A stretch of 32,000 nucleotides of DNA from assembly GCF_900079115.1 (NCBI RefSeq), contig NZ_LT549890.1, positions 2,040,001-2,072,000 on the forward strand. The letters run 5' to 3'. The position numbers and the translations under genes are program-made. The notes beneath the pieces were generated by a model. The model did not search any database. It was given only the letters and a program-made list of their open reading frames with translations, and was not told the origin of the DNA. The DNA is from Saccharolobus solfataricus (lineage in GTDB: Archaea; Thermoproteota; Thermoprotei_A; Sulfolobales; Sulfolobaceae). This document shows positions 9,112 through 16,988 of this stretch, piece after piece; position 1 is the stretch's first letter, and every line of letters starts with the position of its first letter.

Positions 9112-9232
9112 ACGGGCACCCCTCTTGAGGGCTCATACACACTCACCCTCAACTCATTGGGGCTAGTCGAGGGAAACACCACTACCCTCCCATCCGTATT
9201 TGTCGCCCCAATACCTCGTGAGCATAGCCCGT
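9112..9232. other. GC-rich multi-stem element (candidate structured RNA or MITE-like element); strand unresolved
   Basis: All stems are perfect Watson-Crick. Outer stem acgggc/gcccgt (9112-9117 / 9227-9232). Hairpin ttgaggg/ccctcaa (9125-9131 / 9146-9152). Hairpin attggggc/gccccaat (9156-9163 / 9205-9212), which encloses gaggg/ccctc (9169-9173 / 9185-9189). It sits in an otherwise AT-rich spacer. Confidence 0.4.
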
Positions 9233-9424
9233 CATCAGTATGGAGTTCATCAATTTATAATGTAGAGGAAATAATATATAAACATAATCATAATAAAGAT
9301 CATATTGTGAAATGATTAAAAGTATTTAAAAGTTATGCAAATGTGTTACAGTCTTTGGGTTACGAAGTTGAAAGTGGAATGGATGAAAATGAATTACTAT
9401 GGCAAAAGATTCTAGAAAGGAAAT

Positions 9425-9823
9425 TCAACTATTAACAAGCTGAGCTTCCACAGGAATGTAAATAGTGTCTTGATTGGTCACTACTACTAGGGTCAAAGTG
9501 ACCGTTTGGATCCCATTAGGAAAGGTAAATCCAGTGTTAATGGTATATTTATTTAGACCTACTGATATTGTATAGGTAACTTTATGTAAAGTTGCATTGT
9601 AGATTACCCCTACTATCTTGGCGTTACTAAAGGAATTCTCCAAGGTGATGTTGAGTTCACCGTTTTGCGTTATGAGAGCTGTACCTATTTGTTTCACGTA
9701 TCCATAGTTGCTTCCAAAATATCCTAGATATGTGAATAATATGGAAACTACTGTTATTGCTAAGATTACTGAGGCTAGTAACACTATCATCATTGTAACG
9801 GAATCGCTTAAACCTTTTCTCAT
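9425..9823 (-). CDS. Type IV pilin-like protein with class III signal peptide (paralog of 5349..5783)
   Basis: The track ORF is 9425..9838 (MLNIYMRKGLS...). MRKG|LSDSVTMMIVLLASVILAITVVSILF is a class III signal-peptide context. It aligns by eye with the other pilin (GLS..VT..I..ASVI.A..VV...F...G.F....V.Q.GTA....L..TL.N). The start could be ATG 9838 or ATG 9823. Confidence 0.7.
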   Translation of the reverse strand: MRKGLSDSVTMMIVLLASVILAITVVSILFTYLGYFGSNYGYVKQIGTALITQNGELNITLENSFSNAKIVGVIYNATLHKVTYTISVGLNKYTINTGFTFPNGIQTVTLTLVVVTNQDTIYIPVEAQLVNS

Positions 9824-9849
9824 ATATATGTTTAGCATTTATCGGAAAA

Positions 9850-11005
9850 TCCTGGCAGTTCAAGAGGCCCATAAAAACTTTTTAAAATTAGAACCTTTAA
9901 TTTTGGTATGACCAAAGAATTGACGAGGGAGGAGTACTATAAGGCATTGGAAAAGGCAGTTAACGAGGTCATACTATCCATGACTGGAACGAGGAAGGAC
10001 GTTGCCAAGAGGCTACTCTTGGGGGCGGTTGTGGGAAGAAATGCTACCGAGATAGCTCAAGAGGCCGAGATGGACTACGAGACCGTACTGAATAACTTGG
10101 ACAAGGCAGCTCAAGCCAAACTAATCGAGGTCGTGAAGAAGTTAGTCGGGGATCATCCTGTCCTTCTCATAGTGGACGACACCCACGACCACAAGCTCTA
10201 CGCTAGGGCCATGCCGGTCTCCAGAAACGGGGCGCAGATCTTCTACTGTAGGGCGCACAAGAGGTTCGAACCCGCGATCCAACTCCTTGTGATTGGCGTC
10301 AAGGATCTGGTGAACAACCAGATCTACGTGATCCACATAATTGCCTACATACCCCGAAAGGTGGAAGAGGAGCTCAAGCGTAGGGGTGAGGAGGTGAAGT
10401 TCAAGACCAAGATAGATGCCCTCTTGGAGTTTCTCTCCTCCCTCTCAGGTTTGAATGTAAAAGCTAGGGTCTTCGACTCATGGTACGTGAACTCGAGGAC
10501 TCTCCAAGGGAATACTGTGGGGGAACTCAAGTCCAGCGCGCGAGTCGTCGAGGGTGGCAGATCCGTGCCCGTTAGCGAGTTCCCCCAAGGGGAGTACCTG
10601 GTAGAGTACTTGGGGACTCCCATAAAGTTACTTGTTATAGATGACTATAAGGGTTACGGGAGGAGGTATTTCTTCTCCACCGACCTTAACGACACGGCTG
10701 AAGATATCATAACGACCTGGGAGAACCGTTGGGACATAGAGGTCTTGATCAGGGAGCTCAAGGCCTTGGGACTCGAGGGTGGGTCCTTCTTGACCTGGGT
10801 TAGGAACTCAGGCTTCGTGGCCTTGAAGGCTCTCTCCCTCCTCGTTGTTCAATACTTCAAGTACTCCACGGGTCTGATGCTCGGGGCCAAAAGGTTGGCC
10901 AGATTGATAAAAAGTATTTACCGTGAGGCGGGTGGGATCAAAAAACTGTTCAAGAGGAGGAGAAAACCGTAAAGTGCTATATGTTATTCAGTCTTGGCTG
11001 AATAT
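9850..11005 (+). mobile_element. ISC1217-like DDE-transposase insertion element; boundaries approximate
   Basis: A single 354-aa transposase ORF sits in a block visibly GC-richer than its flanks. A hairpin attcag/ctgaat (10986-10991 / 10998-11003) follows the stop. I could not identify convincing terminal inverted repeats or a target duplication. Confidence 0.5.
9908..10972 (+). CDS. DDE transposase (IS4/IS701-like; resembles the Sulfolobus ISC1217 transposase as recalled)
   Basis: Candidate DDE triad in LLIVDDTHD, ARVFDSWY and WENRWDIEVLIRELK (the W-x-IE-x5-LK motif of DDE_Tnp_1-type enzymes). The N-terminal segment is HTH-like. Confidence 0.9.
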   Translation: MTKELTREEYYKALEKAVNEVILSMTGTRKDVAKRLLLGAVVGRNATEIAQEAEMDYETVLNNLDKAAQAKLIEVVKKLVGDHPVLLIVDDTHDHKLYARAMPVSRNGAQIFYCRAHKRFEPAIQLLVIGVKDLVNNQIYVIHIIAYIPRKVEEELKRRGEEVKFKTKIDALLEFLSSLSGLNVKARVFDSWYVNSRTLQGNTVGELKSSARVVEGGRSVPVSEFPQGEYLVEYLGTPIKLLVIDDYKGYGRRYFFSTDLNDTAEDIITTWENRWDIEVLIRELKALGLEGGSFLTWVRNSGFVALKALSLLVVQYFKYSTGLMLGAKRLARLIKSIYREAGGIKKLFKRRRKP

Positions 11006-11076
11006 AAATTAGACTGTTTTATATAGATTTTTTATACTTATTTTTATATATGGTTATACGAGTATAGTAAAAAAGA

Positions 11077-11084
11077 TTTATATA
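11077..11084 (+). promoter_or_regulatory. Orphan consensus TATA/BRE (aaaaag-atttatata)
   Basis: The 16-mer aaagatttatatagaa (11072-11087) is identical to the pilin promoter core (5310-5325). Only a 10-codon ORF (ATG 11113) follows, and ape2 starts about 390 nt downstream. Confidence 0.35.
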
Positions 11085-11469
11085 GAATAGAAACATTTGA
11101 TATTCTTTTCCTATGATGAAGGAGACGAATTACCCGACCCTTTAGGATATGCCAAATACTTTTAGTAGTTTTAGGAAATTCCCTTATCATAAAAAGTCAA
11201 AATATTTATCCATGTATTTATAAATATCTTTCATTGCACTTCTTAATATTATAGCTTATCAATAAACATTTCTCATCTAACGAGGAAAGATTCGTTATAT
11301 ATTTTTAATGTAACGTAAAAGTGTAACGATTTTCCTATAAACGCTATACTTTTTTACCAAAACTAAGAGGTTCGTATATATGTCCTTTGAACCCCCTAAA
11401 ATCCACCCTTGATAACGATATTTCGAGTTAATAGAAAACACTTTAAACCTTATTATATCATAAAAACAC

Positions 11470-13827
11470 ATGATTAAGGTTAATAGATACGAGATTTTTC
11501 TTGATTTTAGCTTTCAAACTGGAGATTATAAGGGATATGAGAAAATCGAAATGGAAAGCGATGAAGAAACAGTAGTACTGGACGCTGTAGGTTTGAAGAT
11601 AGTAAAGGCCAAGGTAAACGGAAAAGAGATTGAATTCTCTCAAGATGAGAGTAGAGTCAACGTGAAGAGCGGATCCTTTTCCGGTATTTTAGAAGTGGAA
11701 TTTGAGGGAAAGGTTACTGAAAGGAAGTTGGTGGGTATTTATAAGGCCTCTTATAAAGACGGATACGTTATTAGTACGCAGTTTGAGGCTACACATGCTA
11801 GGGACTTTATACCTTGTTTCGATCATCCTGCAATGAAGGCCAGGTTTAAGTTAACTGTTAGAGTTGATAAAGGACTTAAGGTAATATCCAATATGCCAGT
11901 AGTGAGAGAAAAGGAAGAGAATGGGAAAGTAGTATATGAATTTGATGAAACGCCTAAAATGTCTACCTATTTACTATACCTAGGAATTGGAAACTTTGAA
12001 GAAATTAGGGATGAAGGTAAAATCCCGACAATTATAGTAGCCACAATACCGGGCAAAGTACAAAAGGGAAGATTCTCTATGCAGATCTCAAGAAATTCTA
12101 TAGAGTTCTATGAAAAGTATTTTGAAATTCCCTACCAATTGCCTAAGGTTCATTTAATCGCAATACCGGAATTCGCATATGGTGCAATGGAGAATTGGGG
12201 TGCTATTACATTTAGGGAGACTGCTTTATTGGCTGACGATTCTTCATCTGTTTATCAGAAGTTTAGAGTTGCTGAGGTTGTTGCTCATGAGTTGGCTCAT
12301 CAGTGGTTTGGTAATTTGGTTACTTTGAAGTGGTGGGATGATTTATGGTTAAACGAGAGTTTCGCAACATTCATGAGCCATAAGGCTATTTCACAATTAT
12401 TCCCTTCATGGAACTTCTGGGACTATTTCGTTTTGAACCAGACTTCTAGAGCCTTAGAAAAGGACTCTGTATCGACTACACACCCAATAGAGGCACACGT
12501 AAGGGACCCCAATGAAGTAGAGCAGATGTTTGACGATATTAGTTATGGTAAGGGGGCTAGTATTTTGAGGATGATTGAGGCTTATGTTGGTGAGGAGAAT
12601 TTTAGGAGAGGGGTTGTTAATTACTTAAAGAAGTTCTCGTATTCAAACGCTCAAGGTTCTGATTTATGGAATTCAATTTCTGAAGTTTACGGTTCCGATA
12701 TTTCTCCAATAATGGCTGATTGGATAACTAAACCTGGTTATCCAATGGTTAGAGTTAGCGTCTCTGGAAAACGCGTGAGCTTAGAACAGGAGAGATTTTC
12801 GTTGATAGGAAATGTCGAGAACCTACTTTATAAGATTCCTCTTACCATGGAGGTTAACGGCAAGGTTGTAACTCATTTATTAGACAAGGAGAGAGATACT
12901 ATGGTATTTGAGGAAGATGTAAAGAGCTTAAAGGTTAATGTAAATAGGACTGGGTTTTACAGAGTATTTTATTATAATAACTCCGATCTAGTGTTTAACA
13001 GTAATTTATCAGAACTTGACAAGTGGGGTATTATAAACGATTATTGGGCTTTCCTATTGGCTGGTAAAATAGGTTTCAAGGAATATGAAAGGGTAATATC
13101 TAAATTCTTTAACGATAAGGATTTCTTACCGGTTAATGAGCTTTCTAATGAATTATTTACACTTCATGCAATAAATCCAGATAAATATCAAGGTATTGCA
13201 AAGGAATTTCATAGAATTCAGCTAAAGAATTGGAGAAATTCAAAGGATGAATTAGGAAGATTAACGTACTCAAATATTCTCTATAGACTTGCTGCAATAG
13301 ATGATGAGTTCTCTTTAGGCCTTTCAGAGCTATTCAGATTCTATGGCTCTCTAGATTCTGATACTAGACAAGGAGTAGCTGTAGCATATGCTATAACCTA
13401 TGAAGACAATTCCGTTGACGAGTTGTTAGAGAGGTTTAGGAAGGAAACCTTTGATGAAGAGAAGCTTAGATATTTAACTGCTATGTTATTCTTCAGGAAG
13501 CCTTACCTCGTGGGTAACACTTTAAGCTTAATACTGAGTGGTGAGATTAAGAAGCAAGATATTCCTTTAACTTTAAGCACAGCTGCTTACAATCCTTACG
13601 CTAAGAGTGCAGTACTAAACTGGATTAAGATGCATATTAACTTCATGAGAGAGGCCTATAAGGGTACTGGAATACTTGGGAGAAGACTTGCGGAGGTTAT
13701 TCCGTTAATAGGAATAGGGGCGGAAAGAGAAACTGAGCAGTTCTTTAGTAATCTTAATATGCCAGAAGCGGAGAGGGGAATAGGGACAGGGTTAGAGTTA
13801 CTTAAAGCGTATTCAAGGTTAAAGTAA
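11470..13827 (+). CDS. ape2: M1-family zinc aminopeptidase (leucyl aminopeptidase / tricorn-interacting-factor F2/F3-like)
   Basis: GAMEN exopeptidase motif (AYGAMENWGA) and zinc site HELAHQWFGNLVT...WLNESFA. The 785-aa length matches my recollection of Sulfolobus Ape2 (symbol unverified). Confidence 0.9.
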   Translation: MIKVNRYEIFLDFSFQTGDYKGYEKIEMESDEETVVLDAVGLKIVKAKVNGKEIEFSQDESRVNVKSGSFSGILEVEFEGKVTERKLVGIYKASYKDGYVISTQFEATHARDFIPCFDHPAMKARFKLTVRVDKGLKVISNMPVVREKEENGKVVYEFDETPKMSTYLLYLGIGNFEEIRDEGKIPTIIVATIPGKVQKGRFSMQISRNSIEFYEKYFEIPYQLPKVHLIAIPEFAYGAMENWGAITFRETALLADDSSSVYQKFRVAEVVAHELAHQWFGNLVTLKWWDDLWLNESFATFMSHKAISQLFPSWNFWDYFVLNQTSRALEKDSVSTTHPIEAHVRDPNEVEQMFDDISYGKGASILRMIEAYVGEENFRRGVVNYLKKFSYSNAQGSDLWNSISEVYGSDISPIMADWITKPGYPMVRVSVSGKRVSLEQERFSLIGNVENLLYKIPLTMEVNGKVVTHLLDKERDTMVFEEDVKSLKVNVNRTGFYRVFYYNNSDLVFNSNLSELDKWGIINDYWAFLLAGKIGFKEYERVISKFFNDKDFLPVNELSNELFTLHAINPDKYQGIAKEFHRIQLKNWRNSKDELGRLTYSNILYRLAAIDDEFSLGLSELFRFYGSLDSDTRQGVAVAYAITYEDNSVDELLERFRKETFDEEKLRYLTAMLFFRKPYLVGNTLSLILSGEIKKQDIPLTLSTAAYNPYAKSAVLNWIKMHINFMREAYKGTGILGRRLAEVIPLIGIGAERETEQFFSNLNMPEAERGIGTGLELLKAYSRLK

Positions 13828-13876
13828 TAAAGGTTTTTTAACATCTACCTTTTAACTTTTAACGGTATTATACATT

Positions 13877-14227
13877 ATGGATAAGTATAAACTAGCTCTA
13901 TTAGGCGAAGCTGGTGCAGCCGGATTAGATAGGGGATTTTCAATTAGATATAAGATATTTCGTGAGTCCTACTCAAATGAGATGTATCACTGGAAGTATT
14001 TTCAGAAGTATAGGAGGTCTTTCCTAGAGAAACCAGTATATTATGTTTTTTCAATATTGGGTTTTATAATCTCGCTATTTGGAATAGAGGCAGTTAAGAA
14101 GGTTAATGAAATTGTGGAAAGAAACGCTATTGATTTTTACAAGAATAACTTCAATGAGGACGACGAGGATATAATGAGAATTTTAGAGGACGAGAAAAAA
14201 CACTTCGCAATGTCAGTTGATGCTTAA
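13877..14227 (+). CDS. Hypothetical protein with one hydrophobic segment, possibly ferritin-like/rubrerythrin-like
   Basis: 116-aa ORF in the same direction as its neighbours. The C-terminal RILEDEKKH resembles an E-x-x-H di-iron motif, which is weak evidence for function. Confidence 0.45.
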   Translation: MDKYKLALLGEAGAAGLDRGFSIRYKIFRESYSNEMYHWKYFQKYRRSFLEKPVYYVFSILGFIISLFGIEAVKKVNEIVERNAIDFYKNNFNEDDEDIMRILEDEKKHFAMSVDA

Positions 14228-14256
14228 ATACGTTTTTGTATAACAAGTTTAAATTG

Positions 14257-15087
14257 ATGGCAAAGATTTATTTAGGTCCCGCTGGGGTTCCTCATTCGGC
14301 TAAAAAGAAGAATACTGTGGAGGGTATAAGGACTGTTAAAGAGTTGGGCTTAAACGCTATGGAAGTTGAGTTTGTTCAAGGTGTAAGGATGAGTAAGGAA
14401 ACCGCAGAGGAAACTGGACAAGTTGCAAGGGAATTGGGAGTTAGGTTATCGGTCCACGCTCCATATTTTATAAACCTATGTTCTGAGGAAAAGGAGAAAA
14501 TTGAGGCTTCGAAGCAGAGAATTTTAGATACTGCTGATAGAGCTGAGTTAATGGGGGCTGACGCTATAGCTATTCATATTGCATTCTATGGGAAAATGAC
14601 TCCAGAGGAATGTTATCAAAACGTTAAAGAAGGATTAGAAGAGGTAATAGATAAGGCTAGGGAAATGGGGATAAGGAACGTTAAGTTTGGTGTTGAAACT
14701 ATGGCTAAAGAAACTGCCTTTGGGACTTTGGATGAGGTTATTTCAATATCTAAGGAATTAAAGGGTGTGATACCCTATATAGATTGGGCTCATACTTTTG
14801 CTAGGCAGGGTGGAGAAATAGATTACGGGAAGATTATAGATAGGCTAATTAAGGAGCTAGGTTTAACTCATATAAATTCCCACTTTGAATCTCTAGTTTA
14901 TAGAAGAGGAAAATATGTAGATGAGCACATTCCCATAGACGCTAACGCTCCGCCATTTGAACCATTAGCGAAGGAGTTGCTTAAAAGGGATATTTCAATA
15001 ACATTAATATGTGAAAGTCCAGAATTAGAAAGAGATGCGTTAAAAATGAAGGAGGTATTAGAGAGGCTTGGATATAGGCTCGAATGA
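14257..15087 (+). CDS. Endonuclease IV-family / xylose-isomerase-like TIM-barrel protein
   Basis: The track ORF starts at TTG 14236. I prefer ATG 14257 (MAKIYLGPAGVP...) because the TATA-like gcttaaatacg is about 27 nt upstream. LSVHAPYFINL, the ADAIAIHIAFYG-type motifs and the WAH.F pattern fit the AP-endonuclease-2 TIM-barrel fold. Confidence 0.8.
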   Translation: MAKIYLGPAGVPHSAKKKNTVEGIRTVKELGLNAMEVEFVQGVRMSKETAEETGQVARELGVRLSVHAPYFINLCSEEKEKIEASKQRILDTADRAELMGADAIAIHIAFYGKMTPEECYQNVKEGLEEVIDKAREMGIRNVKFGVETMAKETAFGTLDEVISISKELKGVIPYIDWAHTFARQGGEIDYGKIIDRLIKELGLTHINSHFESLVYRRGKYVDEHIPIDANAPPFEPLAKELLKRDISITLICESPELERDALKMKEVLERLGYRLE

Positions 15088-15769
15088 AATATTAGTAGCT
15101 TCAGATTATGATAGGACGTTAGCCAGTGAAGAGAATAATTTTGTAATATCACCGATTGTTTCACAAAAAGTAAATGAATTTTCAAAAAAATATAAATTTG
15201 TAGTGGTAACTGGTAGGGAGAAGAAATTTATTGATAAATTGGCTGTTGGTTTGAAACCCACTGCATGGATACTGGAGAATGGTTCCCTAATACTTTTCAA
15301 CGATAGAGAATTTGTGCTTTGTGAAAAAAGTTGGTTTGAAAGAGATAGGAAGAAGATTATTGAAATATTAGATAACCTTAAGGTTAGGTATTCCATAGGT
15401 AGGATTATATTGTATGTGGATGGCTATGGATCTAAATTAGATATGTTAAGTGAAATAGAAAAGTATGGGAGAATAGAGGTAAATAGAAACGATGCTATGA
15501 TACTACCTAAAGGTGTGGATAAGGGTGTAGGAGTTTTGAAGTTTAAGGAATTAACTGGGTTTAAGGGAAAGATAATAGCCTTAGGAGACAGTGAAAATGA
15601 TTATGCGTTGTTTAGAGTTGCCGACATTAAAGTAGCAGTTGCAAATGCAATACCTCAAATAAAGGAAATTGCTGACATAGTTACCGAAAATCCTAATGGT
15701 TTAGGAGTCGTGGAGATTTTAGATAAGATACTATCTGGAAATTTTGGAAAAGAAGTAGATATCTACTAA
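15068..15769 (+). CDS. HAD-superfamily hydrolase, subfamily IIB (phosphoglycolate / sugar-phosphate phosphatase-like)
   Basis: Motif I is ASDYDRTL (DxDxT) and motif IV is GDSENDYALF. TTG start overlaps the upstream gene by 20 nt. Confidence 0.75.
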   Translation: MDIGSNEILVASDYDRTLASEENNFVISPIVSQKVNEFSKKYKFVVVTGREKKFIDKLAVGLKPTAWILENGSLILFNDREFVLCEKSWFERDRKKIIEILDNLKVRYSIGRIILYVDGYGSKLDMLSEIEKYGRIEVNRNDAMILPKGVDKGVGVLKFKELTGFKGKIIALGDSENDYALFRVADIKVAVANAIPQIKEIADIVTENPNGLGVVEILDKILSGNFGKEVDIY

Positions 15770-16339
15770 GAACTCGTGAACTCTTCTCATATGCCATGGG
15801 TAATAAGGTTTTAATCTAAACCTCTCAGACAATATTTCAGTAGAAAACCCATAGTCTTTAGCCATTGTAATAATGATTTCTCTTGATCTCTCGTTGGACT
15901 TATGTATTGAGTATACCACATCAGAGATACTAAACGCTGTTTGTAAAAACTTGATATCTATTCCTCTATTTACTACTCCAAATGGTGGATTCTGAATTAC
16001 AGTATCAAATTTAGAATAAAATTGAGTTGCATCAGCATTAATTAGCTCTATATCTAAATCCAATTCACTTTTCATATTCTTTACAGTGTCTAGTGATTCC
16101 ATATCAATTTCCACACAAGTACAATAAGCACCTAAAAGTGATGCCGCTAAACAGAAGACGCCAGTCCCACAGCCTAAATCAACTACCTTTTTACTACTTA
16201 GATGTCCAGATATATAAGCATGCCAAATTATTTGAGCTACTATTGGTGAAGGCGTTACGTACTGTTCTAGTTCGTATTTGGGATTTGGATGGGGTCTTGA
16301 GTACTTCTCTAGGAATTTCTCAATTTCTCTTTTACTAAT
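15731..16339 (-). CDS. Class I SAM-dependent N6-adenine-type methyltransferase (METTL5-like small RNA/DNA methylase); start codon uncertain
   Basis: Motif IV is VIQNPPFG. Motif I, VVDLGCGTG, lies in the same open frame but upstream of the first canonical start (GTG 16114, the track start). The frame is open back to a stop at 16358-16360. The only start-like codons there are ATT (16354, 16339). Confidence 0.65.
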   Translation of the reverse strand: MSKREIEKFLEKYSRPHPNPKYELEQYVTPSPIVAQIIWHAYISGHLSSKKVVDLGCGTGVFCLAASLLGAYCTCVEIDMESLDTVKNMKSELDLDIELINADATQFYSKFDTVIQNPPFGVVNRGIDIKFLQTAFSISDVVYSIHKSNERSREIIITMAKDYGFSTEILSERFRLKPYYPWHMRRVHEFLVDIYFFSKISR

Positions 16340-16977
16340 TCTAGTGCCTCCAATAAATTACTCACCTTATTTTCCCTGATTTCGGGGTAAAACCCTAATC
16401 TATCTAAAAGTATTGCTTCAAGACCTGCTCTTTTCGCCCCAATTACGTCTATTTCATAAATATCACCTATATGAATCCCATCACTTTTAGCGATTTCCAT
16501 TGCATAGGAAAATATCTTCGGGTGAGGTTTCATAATGTTTAAGTCACACGAAGCAACTATACCGTCAAAGTATTTCTTAATCCCCAGATCTTCAACTATT
16601 TTATAGATACTTCTAGTTGCGTTACTGACTAAGACCAATTTAAATCCAAGTCCTTTGGCTTCCTCCAAAAACGTAATAGAATCGTCATAGAGTTCGTACT
16701 CCCCAGATAATAGGTTCTTACTATTTAATCTTGTTATTAATTGCTCATCTGGATATATATTAAGCTCATAAAACAGTTCCCTAAAATCAAAAGCTGAAAG
16801 ACCTCCATATTCTTGACTAGGATAATGATGTTTTCCTAGAATCTTCGCAACTGCCTTGAAGACCCTCCTTTCATCTACATTATATCCAATTTCCTTAAGA
16901 GCATAAGCAATATTTTCATGATATCTAGGCTTGAAGTGCACTAGAGTTTCTCCTAAGTCTACGAATATTGTCTTCAT
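16309..16977 (-). CDS. HAD-superfamily hydrolase, subfamily IA (haloacid-dehalogenase-like)
   Basis: MKTIFVDLGETLV (motif I variant), LVSNAT (motif II), K...GDIYEIDVIGAKRAG (motifs III/IV). Confidence 0.8.
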   Translation of the reverse strand: MKTIFVDLGETLVHFKPRYHENIAYALKEIGYNVDERRVFKAVAKILGKHHYPSQEYGGLSAFDFRELFYELNIYPDEQLITRLNSKNLLSGEYELYDDSITFLEEAKGLGFKLVLVSNATRSIYKIVEDLGIKKYFDGIVASCDLNIMKPHPKIFSYAMEIAKSDGIHIGDIYEIDVIGAKRAGLEAILLDRLGFYPEIRENKVSNLLEALELVKEKLRNS

Positions 16978-16988
16978 ATATATTCGCT

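Noticed and set aside
9037-9315. Plus-strand ORF 9037..9315 (92 aa)
   Set aside because: It overlaps the rhodanese 3' end and reads straight through the GC-rich multi-stem element. No start context or motif is present. The stem structure explains the sequence better than coding does.
9860-9870. Recurring TCAAGAGG(CC) motif (9860, 22783, inverted at 22991 and 9123, also 10948) as a possible IS/MITE terminal repeat
   Set aside because: On rechecking, the same 8- to 10-mer also occurs inside ordinary coding sequence (6851 in the Mo-hydroxylase gene, 10057 inside the transposase ORF). Purine-rich CAAGAGG is simply common here. I kept only the local 9-bp inverted pair at 22783/22991, as a weak observation.
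9657-9911. ORFs 9657..9872 (-) and 9708..9911 (+)
   Set aside because: They are alternative frames over the pilin-like gene's 5' end and the IS junction. The class III signal-peptide frame is the convincing one.
10142-10623. Minus-strand ORFs 10142..10336 and 10345..10623
   Set aside because: They are antisense to the ISC1217-like transposase. Open antisense frames are expected in this GC-richer block.
11113-11119. TGATGA (C-box-like) at 11114-11119, and CTGATGA on the minus strand at 9233-9239, as possible C/D box sRNAs
   Set aside because: I found no CTGA D box, no C'/D' boxes and no terminal stem at the expected 50-70 nt spacing in either case.
16093-16338. Plus-strand ORF 16093..16338 (81 aa)
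   Set aside because: It is antisense to the methyltransferase N-terminal region, which carries the clear VVDLGCGTG motif on the minus strand.
16309-16360. Programmed -1 frameshift fusing the HAD hydrolase to the methyltransferase
   Set aside because: The frames are in the right relation, but I see no X-XXY-YYZ slippery heptamer in the overlap. I kept this only as a remote alternative in the start-codon finding.
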